A DNA stretch of 32,000 nt. It comes from Candidatus Saccharimonadota bacterium. GTDB taxonomy: Bacteria > Pseudomonadota > Gammaproteobacteria > Burkholderiales > Burkholderiaceae. The notes beneath the pieces are model-generated. The model saw nothing but the letters and a program-made list of their open reading frames with translations. It did no database searches and was not told the DNA's origin. How positions within the stretch are numbered: position 1 is the stretch's first letter; each line of letters opens with the position of its first letter. The DNA is taken from positions 330,001 through 362,000 of the forward strand of contig NZ_AP023215.1 of the NCBI RefSeq assembly GCF_016593155.1, read 5' to 3'. The translations under genes and the position numbers were made by a program. This document shows, one piece after another, positions 8,088-19,168 of the stretch.

Positions 8088-10688
8088 ATGAATCAATTTG
8101 CTAAAGAAGTAATTTCTATTTTCCTTGAAGAGGAAATGTGTAAAAGTTATCTTGATTATGCGATGAGCGTAATTGTCGGAAGAGCATTGCCAGATGTACG
8201 GGATGGGTTAAAACCAGTTCATAGACGTGTATTATTTGCTATGTATGAAATGAATAATTTATGGAATCGTTCTTTTGTAAAATGTGCACGAGTGGTTGGT
8301 GAAACTATGGGGAAATATCATCCTCATGGTGATTCATCAATTTATGATGCTTTAGTACGAATGGCACAACCATTTTCTTTACGTTGTACATTAGTTGATG
8401 GACAAGGAAATTTTGGTTCTATAGATGGGGATAGTGCTGCTGCAATGCGTTATACTGAATGTCGTTTAAATAAAATTTCTAATGAATTACTTATTGATTT
8501 AGATAAAGAGACTATTGATTTTATTTCAAATTATGATGGAAAAGAAAAAGAACCATCTGTATTGCCAGCGCGTATTCCAAATTTATTAATAAATGGTTCT
8601 TCTGGTATTGCTGTTGGTATGGCTACTAATATACCACCTCATAATTTAACAGAAGTTATTAATGGTGTGTTATATGTTTTGCATAATCCAGAGTGTTCAA
8701 TTAATGATTTAATTAAGATAATTCCAGCTCCAGATTTTCCAACGGCAGGTATTATTTATGGATTATCTAGTGTTCATGATGGTTATTATACTGGTAAAGG
8801 TCGTGTAATAATACGAGCTAAAACTCATATAGAGGAATTTAATAAAGAAAATCGTACCGCAATTATTATTGATGAACTTCCATATCAAGTTAATAAAAAA
8901 TCATTATTAGAAAAAATTTCTCGACTAGTTAAAGAAAAAAAATTAGAGTGTATTTCTCATTTACGAGATGAATCAGATAAATCTGGTATGCGTATAGTTA
9001 TTGAAATTAATCGTAATGAAATACCAGAAATAGTATTAAATAAATTATATAAACAAACTCAATTACAAAATACCTTCGGTATGAATATGTTAGCATTAGT
9101 TAATGGACAACCTAAATTATTAAATCTAAAAGAGATACTTTACTATTTTATTTTACATCGTAGAGAAATAATAAAACGAAGGACTATTTTTGAATTACGT
9201 AAAATGCGCGAATATGCTCATATTTTAGAGGGGTTAACAATAGCATTGGCTAATATTGATAATTTTATACAGATTCTTCGTTCAACGTCTACGCCACAAG
9301 AAGCGAAAAAGAAAATAATTGAATCTATGTGGAATTTATCTGATTCTAGTAAAGTAATTGGTTTTAATAAAAAAATTTTTGATACTATACCAAAAATTAA
9401 TAATATATCAAAAATAAATTTTGGATTACAAAAAAATGGTATGTATAAATTATCTGATATACAAGCTCAAGAAATTTTACAAATGCCTTTACAGCGTTTA
9501 ACTAATATAGAACAAAAAAAAATAATTAATAAATATGAAAATATTTTGAATAAAATTATGGATTTAACAGATATATTATCTAATCCAAAACGAATTACAG
9601 AAATTATTACTGATGAATTAAATGCAATTAAAAATAAATATGGAGGTTATAAAAAAAATATACGGCGCTCTGAGATAACTTTAAATGTTATAAATCTTAG
9701 TACAGAAGACTTAATTGCTTCTCAAGATATGGTAATTACATTATCAAATTCAGGATATATAAAATCTCAACCAATTTCCGAGTATCGAGCACAAAAACGA
9801 GGGGGGCGAGGAAAAAAGGCTATGATAACAAAAGATGAAGATTGGATTAATCAACTATTTATAGCCAATACACATGATTATATTTTATGTTTTTCTAATT
9901 ATGGTCGATTATATTGGTTAAAAGTTTGGAAAATTCCACAGGGATCTCGAAACTCACGAGGTAAGCCAATAATTAATATGTTTTTATTAAAAAATAACGA
10001 AAAAATTACTGTAATTTTACCTTTATCTAATAATAAACATGATTTTCCAAAAAATAATTATGTTTTTATGTCTACTAGTTTAGGTATTGTTAAAAAAACT
10101 TTGTTATCAAATTTTAGTCATCCACGTAAATCTGGAATTATTGCTGTTAATTTAAGTAATGAAGATTTTTTGATTGGGGCGGCATTAACTGATGGTAGTT
10201 ATGATATTATGCTTTTTTCAGATTCTGGTAAAGCGGTGCGTTTTAATGAAAATTCTGTGCGAGCAATGGGGCGTTCAGCTCGTGGAGTTAGGGGTATGAG
10301 ATTAGAAAAAAAACAAAAAGTTATAGCTTTATTAGTTTCAAATAATCAAAAACAATCAGTTTTAACTGTAACCGAAAATGGTTATGGTAAGCGTACATTA
10401 ATAAAAGAATACACAAGACACAATAGAGGTACTAAAGGCATAATTTCAATTAAAACTAATAAACGCAATGGAAAGGTTGTGGCAGCAACATTAGTTAATA
10501 GACATCATGAAATTATGTTAATTACAACTGGAGGTATTCTTATACGTACACGTGTTTCAGAGATTCGTAAAATGAGAAGATCTACTCAAGGCGTTATTTT
10601 AATAACCATTGAAAATAAATCTAAATTATGTGGAGTACAACGTGTTATGGAAAATGATATTGAAAATAAAAAAAATAATAGCATCTAA
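8088..10688 (+). CDS. gyrA: DNA gyrase subunit A
   Basis: 866-aa ORF with [20 protein letters not shown] (QRDR region), the active-site AAAMRYTE tyrosine and a C-terminal beta-pinwheel with a GyrA-box-like [10 protein letters not shown]. Confidence 0.98.
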   Translation: MNQFAKEVISIFLEEEMCKSYLDYAMSVIVGRALPDVRDGLKPVHRRVLFAMYEMNNLWNRSFVKCARVVGETMGKYHPHGDSSIYDALVRMAQPFSLRCTLVDGQGNFGSIDGDSAAAMRYTECRLNKISNELLIDLDKETIDFISNYDGKEKEPSVLPARIPNLLINGSSGIAVGMATNIPPHNLTEVINGVLYVLHNPECSINDLIKIIPAPDFPTAGIIYGLSSVHDGYYTGKGRVIIRAKTHIEEFNKENRTAIIIDELPYQVNKKSLLEKISRLVKEKKLECISHLRDESDKSGMRIVIEINRNEIPEIVLNKLYKQTQLQNTFGMNMLALVNGQPKLLNLKEILYYFILHRREIIKRRTIFELRKMREYAHILEGLTIALANIDNFIQILRSTSTPQEAKKKIIESMWNLSDSSKVIGFNKKIFDTIPKINNISKINFGLQKNGMYKLSDIQAQEILQMPLQRLTNIEQKKIINKYENILNKIMDLTDILSNPKRITEIITDELNAIKNKYGGYKKNIRRSEITLNVINLSTEDLIASQDMVITLSNSGYIKSQPISEYRAQKRGGRGKKAMITKDEDWINQLFIANTHDYILCFSNYGRLYWLKVWKIPQGSRNSRGKPIINMFLLKNNEKITVILPLSNNKHDFPKNNYVFMSTSLGIVKKTLLSNFSHPRKSGIIAVNLSNEDFLIGAALTDGSYDIMLFSDSGKAVRFNENSVRAMGRSARGVRGMRLEKKQKVIALLVSNNQKQSVLTVTENGYGKRTLIKEYTRHNRGTKGIISIKTNKRNGKVVAATLVNRHHEIMLITTGGILIRTRVSEIRKMRRSTQGVILITIENKSKLCGVQRVMENDIENKKNNSI

Positions 10689-10768
10689 AATTGTAATTTT
10701 TAGTAAAGATTAAAAATTTAATCAAATTTAAATTGAGTTTAAATTAAGTTAAGTTATGTAAGGTAAGA

Positions 10769-11431
10769 ATGATAAAAAATTATATTCCAGTTATAACAAT
10801 AGATGGTCCAACTGCCTCTGGAAAGGGAACTGTAGCACAATTAGTTGCATCGAAATTAGGTTTTCATTATTTAGATTCAGGTGCGTTATATCGATTAGTT
10901 GCTTTATCGGCAATTAATAATAATGTGCAATTAGATAATGAATTAGAATTAATTATTTTGATAAAAAAATTAAACTATAATTTTTTAGGTAAAGAAGTAT
11001 ATTTAAATAATTTTAATGTAACTAGATTAATTCGAAATGAAAAAGTAGGTAATAATGCTTCAAAAATTGCAACATTTAAAAATATACGAAAAGAATTATT
11101 TAAAATGCAAATAGAATTTCGTAAATTTCCAGGATTAGTAGCGGATGGACGTGATATGGGGACGATAGTTTTTCCAGATGCTTTTTTAAAAATATTTTTA
11201 ACGGCAAACATTAAACAGAGAATCGAAAGAAGATATAAACAATTGATACAAAAAGGTTTTTCTGTTACCATTAATGATTTATTAATAAATTTTATAAAAC
11301 GTGATATACGTGATAAAACTCGTAGTTTATCGCCTTTAAAATGCCCTAAACAAGCGCATTTATTAGATACCTCTAAAATAAGCATTAATCAAGCAGTTAA
11401 TCAGATATTAAATTGGTATACAAAAAATTAA
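10769..11431 (+). CDS. cmk: Cytidylate kinase
   Basis: 220-aa ORF with the P-loop ITIDGPTASGKGTVA and SGALYR motif. The conserved cmk-rpsA adjacency is present, and an AAGG Shine-Dalgarno lies upstream. Confidence 0.95.
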   Translation: MIKNYIPVITIDGPTASGKGTVAQLVASKLGFHYLDSGALYRLVALSAINNNVQLDNELELIILIKKLNYNFLGKEVYLNNFNVTRLIRNEKVGNNASKIATFKNIRKELFKMQIEFRKFPGLVADGRDMGTIVFPDAFLKIFLTANIKQRIERRYKQLIQKGFSVTINDLLINFIKRDIRDKTRSLSPLKCPKQAHLLDTSKISINQAVNQILNWYTKN

Positions 11432-11470
11432 AAATTTTAATTATTTATATATAAATTTAAAAATATTATT

Positions 11471-11499
11471 CGACTATTATTAATAATAGATCGATTTTT
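11471..11499 (+). terminator. Candidate intrinsic terminator downstream of cmk
   Basis: The inverted repeat cgactattatt/aataatag(a)tcg gives about 11 bp with one bulge, closed by CG pairs at the base. It is followed directly by ATTTTT. The stem is AT-rich, so stability is modest. Confidence 0.35.
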
Positions 11500-11575
11500 C
11501 AAAAAATTTGAATCTTATATATTTTACATAAAAATTGCTTTATTTAAAAAAATATTGAATATCTTTTAAATAACT

Positions 11576-13288
11576 ATGTCAACTACCATTATTCTTAATC
11601 AAGATTCTATAAAAAGGGGTCCAGATAGTTTTGCGACTTTATTTGAGGAATCTTTATTTCGTCATGACATGCGCTCTGGAGAAGTTATTTCTGCTGAAGT
11701 TATTGGTTTGGATCGTAATTTTGTTATTATTAATGCAGATTTAAAATCCGAAGCATTTGTTCCTATTGAGGAATTTAAAAATGATAATGGCGAACTTGAA
11801 GTTAAAGTTGGTGATTTTGTTTCTGTTGCAATTGAATCTTTAGAAAATGGTTTTGGTGATACTATTTTATCTCGTGATAAAGCTAAACGTTTAGCTTCGT
11901 GGCTTTCCTTAGAAAGAGCTATGGAATCTGGAGAAATTGTTACTGGCATTATAAATGGAAAGGTTAAGGGCGGTTTAACTGTTTTAACAAATGGTATTAA
12001 AGCTTTTTTACCTGGTTCACTTGTTGATATACGTCCCGTTAAAGATACCGCTCTTTTTGAGGGAAAAACAATGGATTTTAAGGTTATTAAACTTGATCGT
12101 AAGCGTAATAATGTAGTATTGTCACGTCGCGCAGTAATCGAAGAATCTATGGGGGAAGAACGTCAAAAATTAATAGAAACTCTTAAAGAAGGGTGTATTG
12201 TTAAAGGTATTGTGAAAAATATAACTGATTATGGGGCTTTTATAGATCTTGGTGGGATAGATGGTTTATTACATATTACTGATATAGCATGGCGTCGCGT
12301 TAAACATCCTTTAGAAATTTTAACTATTGGCCAAGATATTTCCGTTAAAATTTTAAAATATGATCAGGAAAAAAATCGAGTTTCATTAGGTATGAAACAA
12401 TTAGGAATTGATCCTTGGATTGGGTTATCTCTTCGTTATCCACGGGGAACACGTTTATTTGGTAAAGTTACTAATTTAACTGATTACGGTGCATTTGTTG
12501 AGGTTGAAAAAGGTATTGAGGGTCTAGTTCATATATCTGAAATGGATTGGATAAATAAAAATGTTACACCAAGTAAAATTGTTCAATTAAATGATACTGT
12601 TGAAATTATGGTATTAGAAATAAATGAAGAAAGACGTCGTATTAGTTTAGGAATGAAACAGTGTAAAGATAATCCTTGGGATAATTTTGCTATCATTAAT
12701 AAAAAAGGCAATAAAATAAAAGGGATAATTAAGTCAATTACTGATTTTGGAATATTTATTGGATTAGATGGTAATATTGATGGACTTATACATTTATCAG
12801 ATTTATCTTGGACTGATCCAGGAGAAGAGGTTATACGGCGCTTTAAAAAGGGAGATGAAATTGAAGCTATCATACTTTCAATTGACGTTGAAAAAGAACG
12901 TATTTCTTTAGGAATTAAACAGCTTGAGGGTGATCCATTTAATAATTATGTTACTATAAATGATAAAGGTTCATTAGTAAATGGTATTGTTAAATCTATC
13001 GATCCTAATAAAGGAGCAATTATTCAATTATCAAATGAAGTAGAGGGTTATTTACGTATTTCTGACGAAAATAATGAAGATGAAAAAAAATTAAAAATTG
13101 GTGAAAATATTGAGATACTTGTTAATCATATTGATCGTAAAACACGATATATTCAATTATCTTTTAATAATAAAAAAGAAAAAGTTATTAAGAAGAAAAC
13201 ATTATTAACATCTGTTAATGCTAATACAATTTCCGGTACAACAAATTTAGGCGTAATATTAAAAGCTGAATTAGAGAAAATAAAATAA
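11576..13288 (+). CDS. rpsA: 30S ribosomal protein S1
   Basis: 570-aa ORF with six S1 repeats (recurrent G.V..IT.YGAF(V/I)DLGG..GL(L/V)HIS(D/E) pattern), collinear with proteobacterial RpsA. Confidence 0.98.
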   Translation: MSTTIILNQDSIKRGPDSFATLFEESLFRHDMRSGEVISAEVIGLDRNFVIINADLKSEAFVPIEEFKNDNGELEVKVGDFVSVAIESLENGFGDTILSRDKAKRLASWLSLERAMESGEIVTGIINGKVKGGLTVLTNGIKAFLPGSLVDIRPVKDTALFEGKTMDFKVIKLDRKRNNVVLSRRAVIEESMGEERQKLIETLKEGCIVKGIVKNITDYGAFIDLGGIDGLLHITDIAWRRVKHPLEILTIGQDISVKILKYDQEKNRVSLGMKQLGIDPWIGLSLRYPRGTRLFGKVTNLTDYGAFVEVEKGIEGLVHISEMDWINKNVTPSKIVQLNDTVEIMVLEINEERRRISLGMKQCKDNPWDNFAIINKKGNKIKGIIKSITDFGIFIGLDGNIDGLIHLSDLSWTDPGEEVIRRFKKGDEIEAIILSIDVEKERISLGIKQLEGDPFNNYVTINDKGSLVNGIVKSIDPNKGAIIQLSNEVEGYLRISDENNEDEKKLKIGENIEILVNHIDRKTRYIQLSFNNKKEKVIKKKTLLTSVNANTISGTTNLGVILKAELEKIK

Positions 13289-13305
13289 TATTATTTTATT
13301 TTCTC
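13274..13305 (+). terminator. Perfect 32-nt palindrome (gagaaaataaaataat|attattttattttctc) spanning the rpsA stop codon; possible terminator-like hairpin
   Basis: The 16-nt arms are exact reverse complements, with GAG/CTC at the stem base. The stop TAA (13286-13288) sits in the left arm near the centre. No clean U-tract follows (AAUAAAAAU), so function as an intrinsic terminator is uncertain. Confidence 0.35.
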
Positions 13306-13355
13306 AATAAAAATAGTAATTTCATTATTTTTAATATAAATATTTATATTATAAG

Positions 13356-13427
13356 TGCGACCGAAGGGAATCGAACCCCTATCAACAGAATCGGAATCTG
13401 TAATCTTATCCGTTAGACCACGGTCGC
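13356..13427 (-). tRNA. tRNA-Arg (anticodon CCG)
   Basis: The minus strand reads GCGACCG-TG-GTCT-AACGGATA-AGAT-T-ACAGA-TTCCGAT-TCTGT-TGAT-AGGGG-TTCGATT-CCCTT-CGGTCGC-A. This gives a full cloverleaf of 72 nt. The 3' CCA is not encoded. Confidence 0.9.
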
Positions 13428-13577
13428 ATTAAAAAAATAATTTATTTTAAAATAAATTATTAGTTAAATATAATTTATAAATGCTTATAAATTAAAAATT
13501 AAATTAATTTATATTTAAATAATTATATATTATATTTAATTTAAATTATTAAAAATTTTTATCGTTAAAATTTTTTA

Positions 13578-15263
13578 TTACATATTAGGGTAATTTGTTC
13601 CACTTCCTCCTTCGGGAGTAATCCATTCAATATTTTGAGTGGGATCTTTTATATCGCAAGTTTTGCAATGAATACAATTTTGTGCATTAATTTGTAAGCG
13701 TTGAATTTTATTTTTTACTAATATAAACTCATATACACCAGCTGGACAATAACGAGCCTCAGGTCCAGCATAAATAGAAAAATTTATATTAATAGGTATT
13801 TTTTTATTTTTTAATATAAGGTGTATAGGTTGATCTTCATCATGATTAATATTTGAAATATATATTGAAGTAAGTTTATCAAATGTTAATTTATTATCTG
13901 GGTTAGGATATTTTATAGGTATATGTTTTGAAGCAGGTTCAAGATAAGTGTAATCGGCATTTATATTATGTAATGTAAAAGGAAATTTTCCGGAAAACAA
14001 TATTTGATCAATTCCTATTATTAACATTCCAATATATAATCCCTTTTTCATTGCTGGTTTAAAATTACGAGCTTTATAAAGTTCTTTATATAACCAAGAG
14101 GTTTGAAAATTTGTTTTATATGTTATTAATTTATTAAATTTTTTATTGGAATAAATTTCATTAAATATAGAATCTGCTGCTAATATACCACTTTTTATTG
14201 AGGTATGAATACCTTTTATACGGCTTACATTCATGAATCCTGCATTACAACCAATGAATGCTCCACCATTAAAAATAAATTCTGGTAATGATTGTAATCC
14301 TCCCGTTGTGATGGTTCGCGCGCCATAAGAAATTCTTTGTCCATCCTTTAATATTTTACATATTTCTGGATGAGTTTTATAGCGTTGAAATTCTTCAAAT
14401 GGAGATAAATAGGGATTTTTATAATCAAGAGAAATAATGTATCCAATAGAAATTTGATTATTTTCCATGTGATATAAAAATCCACCACCATAAGTTTTAG
14501 AGTCAAGAGGCCATCCAATTGTATGAATTGCTAAACCTTTTTTGTGTAATTTTGGGTTTATTCTCCAAAGTTCTTTAATTCCTATACTATAAGTTTGGGG
14601 GTCCTTTTTATTGTCTAAATTAAATTTTTTAATTAATTGTTTACTAAGATGCCCCCTTGATCCCTCGGCAAATAATGTATATTTGGCATATAATTCCATT
14701 CCTAATTGAAAATTTTTTTTAATTATACCTTTCTTATTAATACCAAAATTATTGGTGGCAATCCCGCAAACATTATTTTTATTGTCATACAAAATTTCAG
14801 ATGCGGAAAAACCGGAAAAAATATCAATACCCATATTTTCTGCTTTTTTTCCCATCCAACGCACCAAATGTGAAAGTGATATAATATAATTTCCATGGTT
14901 TTTAAAACAAATAGGTAATACCCAAAATGGGATTTTATATGATTTTTTTGAAGATAAAAATAAAAAACGATCTTCTATAACGGGTGTATTAAATAATTTT
15001 TTTAATTTTTCTTTTGGGAATAACTCAAAAATAGATCGTGGATCTATTATTGCTCCCGATAAAATATGCGCTCCTAGTTCACTTCCTTTCTCTAGTACAC
15101 AAATTTTAATTTCTTTATTTTTTTTAATAGCTAATTGTTTGAGCCTAATTGCCGCAGAAAGTCCTGATGGCCCGCCTCCAACTATAATAATATCATATTC
15201 AATTGATTCTCTGGGGCCATATTTATTAATTAAAGAATGATTTAATGAAGATATATAATTCAT
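13578..15263 (-). CDS. Electron-transfer flavoprotein:ubiquinone oxidoreductase (ETF-QO)
   Basis: 561-aa ORF with the N-terminal FAD motif DIIIVGGGPSGLSAA and a C-terminal 4Fe-4S region (YCPAGVYEF...NCIHCKTCDIKDP...W..PEGG.G..Y..M) typical of ETF-QO. Confidence 0.93.
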   Translation of the reverse strand: MNYISSLNHSLINKYGPRESIEYDIIIVGGGPSGLSAAIRLKQLAIKKNKEIKICVLEKGSELGAHILSGAIIDPRSIFELFPKEKLKKLFNTPVIEDRFLFLSSKKSYKIPFWVLPICFKNHGNYIISLSHLVRWMGKKAENMGIDIFSGFSASEILYDNKNNVCGIATNNFGINKKGIIKKNFQLGMELYAKYTLFAEGSRGHLSKQLIKKFNLDNKKDPQTYSIGIKELWRINPKLHKKGLAIHTIGWPLDSKTYGGGFLYHMENNQISIGYIISLDYKNPYLSPFEEFQRYKTHPEICKILKDGQRISYGARTITTGGLQSLPEFIFNGGAFIGCNAGFMNVSRIKGIHTSIKSGILAADSIFNEIYSNKKFNKLITYKTNFQTSWLYKELYKARNFKPAMKKGLYIGMLIIGIDQILFSGKFPFTLHNINADYTYLEPASKHIPIKYPNPDNKLTFDKLTSIYISNINHDEDQPIHLILKNKKIPININFSIYAGPEARYCPAGVYEFILVKNKIQRLQINAQNCIHCKTCDIKDPTQNIEWITPEGGSGTNYPNM

Positions 15264-15303
15264 GTTATTATCTATATAATAATTATTAAAAAATATTTTA
15301 TAA

Positions 15304-16392
15304 TTAAAACCTTGCTAATATACGTAAATCAGGACCAATTTTTTGTATTTCATGAAATTTTAATTTTATTTTTTTATCTAATGAATAATGAGGAGGTAAA
15401 GTAAACATATTATATGCTTCTCCAAGTAAGCTTGGGGATATATACAATAACAATTCGTCCACACATCCTTCTAATATTAATGCGGTATTTAATTTAGAAC
15501 CAGCTTCAATATGAAGTTCATTAATTTTTTTTTTTCCTAATTCAATAATAACCGCTCGAAGATCAACTTGTCCTAAATCATTTGGTAGTATAATAACTTC
15601 ATTACCAAAATCTTCTAATATTTTTTTTTTAATTGGAAGATCTGTTGCAGTAAATATATAGCTACCACCTCCTTTTAAAACTTTAAGAAAGGGGTTAATA
15701 CGTAAATAACTATCAATTATAATACGATATGGTTGACGTGATGTTTTTATTGATCTTATATTTAACCGGGGATTATCTTTTAATACAGTTCCAATTCCCG
15801 TTAAAATAGCACAGGAACGCGCTCGCCATATATGACCGTCATTTCGTGATTCTTTTGATGTAATCCATTGGCTAACATTATTATATAAAGAAATTTTATT
15901 ATCTAAACTACTAGCTATTTTCATGCGTACCCATGGTATTCCTCGTTGCATTCTTGAAAAAAAACCAATATTTATTTCGTATGCTTCTTTTTGCATTAGT
16001 CCTTGTTTTACAGAAATGCCAGCGGAAATTAGTTGAGCCACTCCTTTTCCTGATACTAGTGGATTAGGGTCATTAATAGCAATAATAACTTTTTTAATAC
16101 CAGATTTAATTAAAGCCTCCGTGCAAGGTGGAGTATGACCAAAATAATTACAAGGCTCAAGAGTAATATAAACAGTGGAATTATATACATCATAACCTTG
16201 TGCGGCTGCATTGAAAAGAGCATCAATTTCAGCATGATTACCACCAATATTTTTTGTATAACCACAAGCAATAATGCGTTTTTCTTTTACAATAACACAC
16301 CCAACGCGAGGATTAGGAGAACTATTCATTGATAATTTAGCTTGTTGTAAAGCTAATGTCATCGCCATAAAGTCAATTGAATTAAAAAGCAT
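15304..16392 (-). CDS. ribD: Bifunctional riboflavin biosynthesis protein RibD (diaminohydroxyphosphoribosylaminopyrimidine deaminase / 5-amino-6-(5-phosphoribosylamino)uracil reductase)
   Basis: 362-aa ORF. It has the CMP/dCMP-type deaminase motifs (NPRVGCVIV, HAEIDAL, TLEPC..FGHTPPC) followed by a RibD C-terminal reductase domain. The start could alternatively be the Met 8 codons downstream. Confidence 0.94.
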   Translation of the reverse strand: MLFNSIDFMAMTLALQQAKLSMNSSPNPRVGCVIVKEKRIIACGYTKNIGGNHAEIDALFNAAAQGYDVYNSTVYITLEPCNYFGHTPPCTEALIKSGIKKVIIAINDPNPLVSGKGVAQLISAGISVKQGLMQKEAYEINIGFFSRMQRGIPWVRMKIASSLDNKISLYNNVSQWITSKESRNDGHIWRARSCAILTGIGTVLKDNPRLNIRSIKTSRQPYRIIIDSYLRINPFLKVLKGGGSYIFTATDLPIKKKILEDFGNEVIILPNDLGQVDLRAVIIELGKKKINELHIEAGSKLNTALILEGCVDELLLYISPSLLGEAYNMFTLPPHYSLDKKIKLKFHEIQKIGPDLRILARF

Positions 16393-16576
16393 TATAAAAA
16401 ATAAGTTATAACAATAATTTATTATGATATTTAATATTTAATTAGAGAATTTAAAAAAAAATTATTAATATTTTTTTAAATATATTTAAATTAATAATTT
16501 ATATGTTAATAATATAATAAATATTTTTAAAAATAAAAATATATTTTATATATTTTATAAATCAATAGTAAATATT

Positions 16577-17959
16577 ATGAATAATATCGCTTATTATAAA
16601 AAAAAATCTTTAGATAATTTAGTTATGAGAAGTTTAAATAGTGTGTGGCATCCTTGTACACAAATAAAGTATCCTATAAAAAATACAAATAATTTTTATG
16701 AAATTCCATTAATTCCAATTAGTCATGGATATGGTCCATGGTTAATTGATGTATTAGGAAGACGTTATTTAGATGCTATTAGTTCTTGGTGGGTTAATCT
16801 TTTTGGTCATTCTAATTCTTATATTAATACAGCATTAAAAAATCAACTTAATAAATTAGAACATGTAATGTTATCTAATTTAACACATAAACCAGTAATA
16901 AAATTATCAGAGAAATTATCATCTTTTACTAAATATAAGCTTGGGCATTGTTTTTATAGTTCTGATGGTGCATCTGCAGTTGAAATTGCGTTGAAAATGA
17001 GTTTTCATTTTTGGTACAATAAAGGATTTTTAAATAAAAAAAAATTTATTTGTTTACAAAATAGTTATCATGGTGAAACATTAGGAGCCCTAGCGGTAAC
17101 TAATATTAAATTATTTAAAGGAATATATAAGTCTTTATTAAAAAAGACTTATATTATTACTACACCAGATTCAAGAAATTTAAATAAAGGAAATAATGCT
17201 CATGAGATAGCGAGATGTGCTGCTTTTGATTTAGAGATACTTTTAAAAAAAAGTAGTAATAAGATTGCTGCTATTATTATTGAACCGTTAGTGCAATGTG
17301 CTGGTGGAATGATAATGTATGATTCAGTATACTTAAAGTTAGTTCGTGAAATTTGTAATAATTATAATATTCATTTGATTGCGGATGAAATTGCAGTTGG
17401 ATGCGGTCGTACTGGAAAATTTTTTGCTTGTGAACATGCTGACATTTGGCCAGATTTTCTTTGTTTATCAAAAGGTATTACAGGAGGTTATTTGCCTTTA
17501 TCATTAGTAATGACTACTGATAAAATTTATAATTTAATTTATTATAAAAATAATATGAATAGTTTTTTACATTCACATTCATATAGCGGAAATCCATTAG
17601 CTTGTTGTGCGGCATTAGCAACGTTAGAAATTTTTAATAAACATAATATATTACAAAGAATTTCTCAAGATATGAAAAAAATTACAAAAAAACTTACTTC
17701 ATTAATAACACATCCTCAAATTATTAATTTTCGTCAACAAGGAATGATTTGGGCATTTGATGTTATAATTGAGAACCCAGCACAAAGGGAAATATTTTCT
17801 CAAAAATTTTTTTCTACTGCATTAAAAAATGAATTATTATTAAGACCAATTGGAAATACAGTTTATTTAATGCCGCCATATATTCTTAATAAAAATGAAA
17901 TAAAACATATGATATTAGCAATTTTTAAAACCTTTAATGAAGTAATTTCGTCAAAATAA
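16577..17959 (+). CDS. bioA: Adenosylmethionine-8-amino-7-oxononanoate aminotransferase
   Basis: 460-aa class-III aminotransferase. It has SVWHPCTQ, SSWWVNLFGH and the PLP-lysine region LCLSKGITGGYLPLS, collinear with BioA. It lies adjacent to bioB. Confidence 0.92.
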   Translation: MNNIAYYKKKSLDNLVMRSLNSVWHPCTQIKYPIKNTNNFYEIPLIPISHGYGPWLIDVLGRRYLDAISSWWVNLFGHSNSYINTALKNQLNKLEHVMLSNLTHKPVIKLSEKLSSFTKYKLGHCFYSSDGASAVEIALKMSFHFWYNKGFLNKKKFICLQNSYHGETLGALAVTNIKLFKGIYKSLLKKTYIITTPDSRNLNKGNNAHEIARCAAFDLEILLKKSSNKIAAIIIEPLVQCAGGMIMYDSVYLKLVREICNNYNIHLIADEIAVGCGRTGKFFACEHADIWPDFLCLSKGITGGYLPLSLVMTTDKIYNLIYYKNNMNSFLHSHSYSGNPLACCAALATLEIFNKHNILQRISQDMKKITKKLTSLITHPQIINFRQQGMIWAFDVIIENPAQREIFSQKFFSTALKNELLLRPIGNTVYLMPPYILNKNEIKHMILAIFKTFNEVISSK

Positions 17960-18112
17960 CATTTTTAAATTTAGATATAAACTTAAAATATATTTTTAAA
18001 TAGATTATAAGCATTTAACTAAATAAGATTTTTTTAAAAAAATAAATAATATTAAAATATTTTTAATAATTTTATTTTTAAGTTTTATATTAAAACAATA
18101 ATTATAATTAAT

Positions 18113-19168
18113 ATGTTACTGAAAACTATTCAATCTTATAAAGAATGCAATTCTATCAATAAAAATAATGTTATTTCATCATCAAAATCATTAATTTGGA
18201 AAATTAATGAGGTTATTGATTTATTTAATTTACCATTTAATGATTTATTATTTCGTGCTCAAAAAGTACATAGAAAATATTTTGATGCTACTGAAATTGA
18301 ATTAGCGGTATTATTATCGATAAAAACAGGGGGTTGTACAGAAGATTGTAGATATTGTCCTCAATCTTCGTATTATAATACAGAAATTACAGCTACAAAA
18401 ATTTTATCTATAGAATCAGTTATTACTGCCGCTAATAAAGCTAAATTAGATGGTGCAACTAGATTTTGTATGGGGGCGGCATGGAGAGAATTAAAGGATA
18501 GAGATTTAGAGAAAATTGAAAATATGATTTATGAGGTTAAAAAGATAGGTTTAGAAGCTTGTTTAACATTAGGTATGTTAAATGAAAATCAAGCATATCG
18601 TTTAAAAAAAGTAGGCTTAGATTATTATAATCATAATTTAGATGTTTCCTCTAAGTTATATGGAGATATTATTAGTACAAGAGATTATGAAAACCGACTT
18701 AATACACTTAAAAATGTACGTAATGCAGGTATTAATATATGTTGTGGTGGTATAATAGGGTTATCTGAGTCCAGAAATCAGCGTGCAGAATTAATTTTTC
18801 AATTAGCAAATTTAAATCCATATCCAGAATCAGTTCCTATTAATAATTTAGTACAAATTAAAGGAACTCCATTGTATGGTACCTCTATTTTAGATCCGTT
18901 AGAATTTATAAGAACTATAGCTGTTGCACGAATAACTATGCCAACTTCTAGGATAAGAATGTCAGCTGGTCGCAAGGAAATGGGTGAGGTAGTGCAAGCT
19001 TTTTGTTTTTTAGCTGGAGCTAATTCAATTTTTTATGGTGATAAACTTTTAACTACCGATAATACGAAAACTAATGACGATAGTAAATTACTTAAAAAAT
19101 TAGGAATGAGTACTCGAAATATAAAAATTAAAATGAAAAATAATATGAAATATAAAGGAATAATTTAA
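18113..19168 (+). CDS. bioB: Biotin synthase (radical SAM)
   Basis: 351-aa [22 protein letters not shown] (CxxxCxxC radical-SAM cluster) and the remainder are collinear with E. coli BioB. It has an N-terminal extension of about 25 aa. Confidence 0.95.
   Translation: MLLKTIQSYKECNSINKNNVISSSKSLIWKINEVIDLFNLPFNDLLFRAQKVHRKYFDATEIELAVLLSIKTGGCTEDCRYCPQSSYYNTEITATKILSIESVITAANKAKLDGATRFCMGAAWRELKDRDLEKIENMIYEVKKIGLEACLTLGMLNENQAYRLKKVGLDYYNHNLDVSSKLYGDIISTRDYENRLNTLKNVRNAGINICCGGIIGLSESRNQRAELIFQLANLNPYPESVPINNLVQIKGTPLYGTSILDPLEFIRTIAVARITMPTSRIRMSAGRKEMGEVVQAFCFLAGANSIFYGDKLLTTDNTKTNDDSKLLKKLGMSTRNIKIKMKNNMKYKGII

Noticed and set aside
10975-12873. Minus-strand ORFs 10975-11385 (136 aa), 11662-11949 (95 aa) and 12583-12873 (96 aa)
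   Set aside because: They are antisense to cmk and rpsA, which are unambiguous. The sequences are Ser/Leu/Ile/Lys-rich with no family resemblance.
16393-16576. Possible FMN riboswitch upstream of ribD, or a BirA operator upstream of bioA, in the divergent spacer
   Set aside because: The spacer is essentially pure A/T with no GC-containing conserved helices of the FMN (RFN) element. There is also no recognisable bio-operator palindrome.
16135-17471. ORFs 16135-16332 (+) and 17277-17471 (-)
   Set aside because: They are antisense to ribD and bioA respectively, short, and without motifs.
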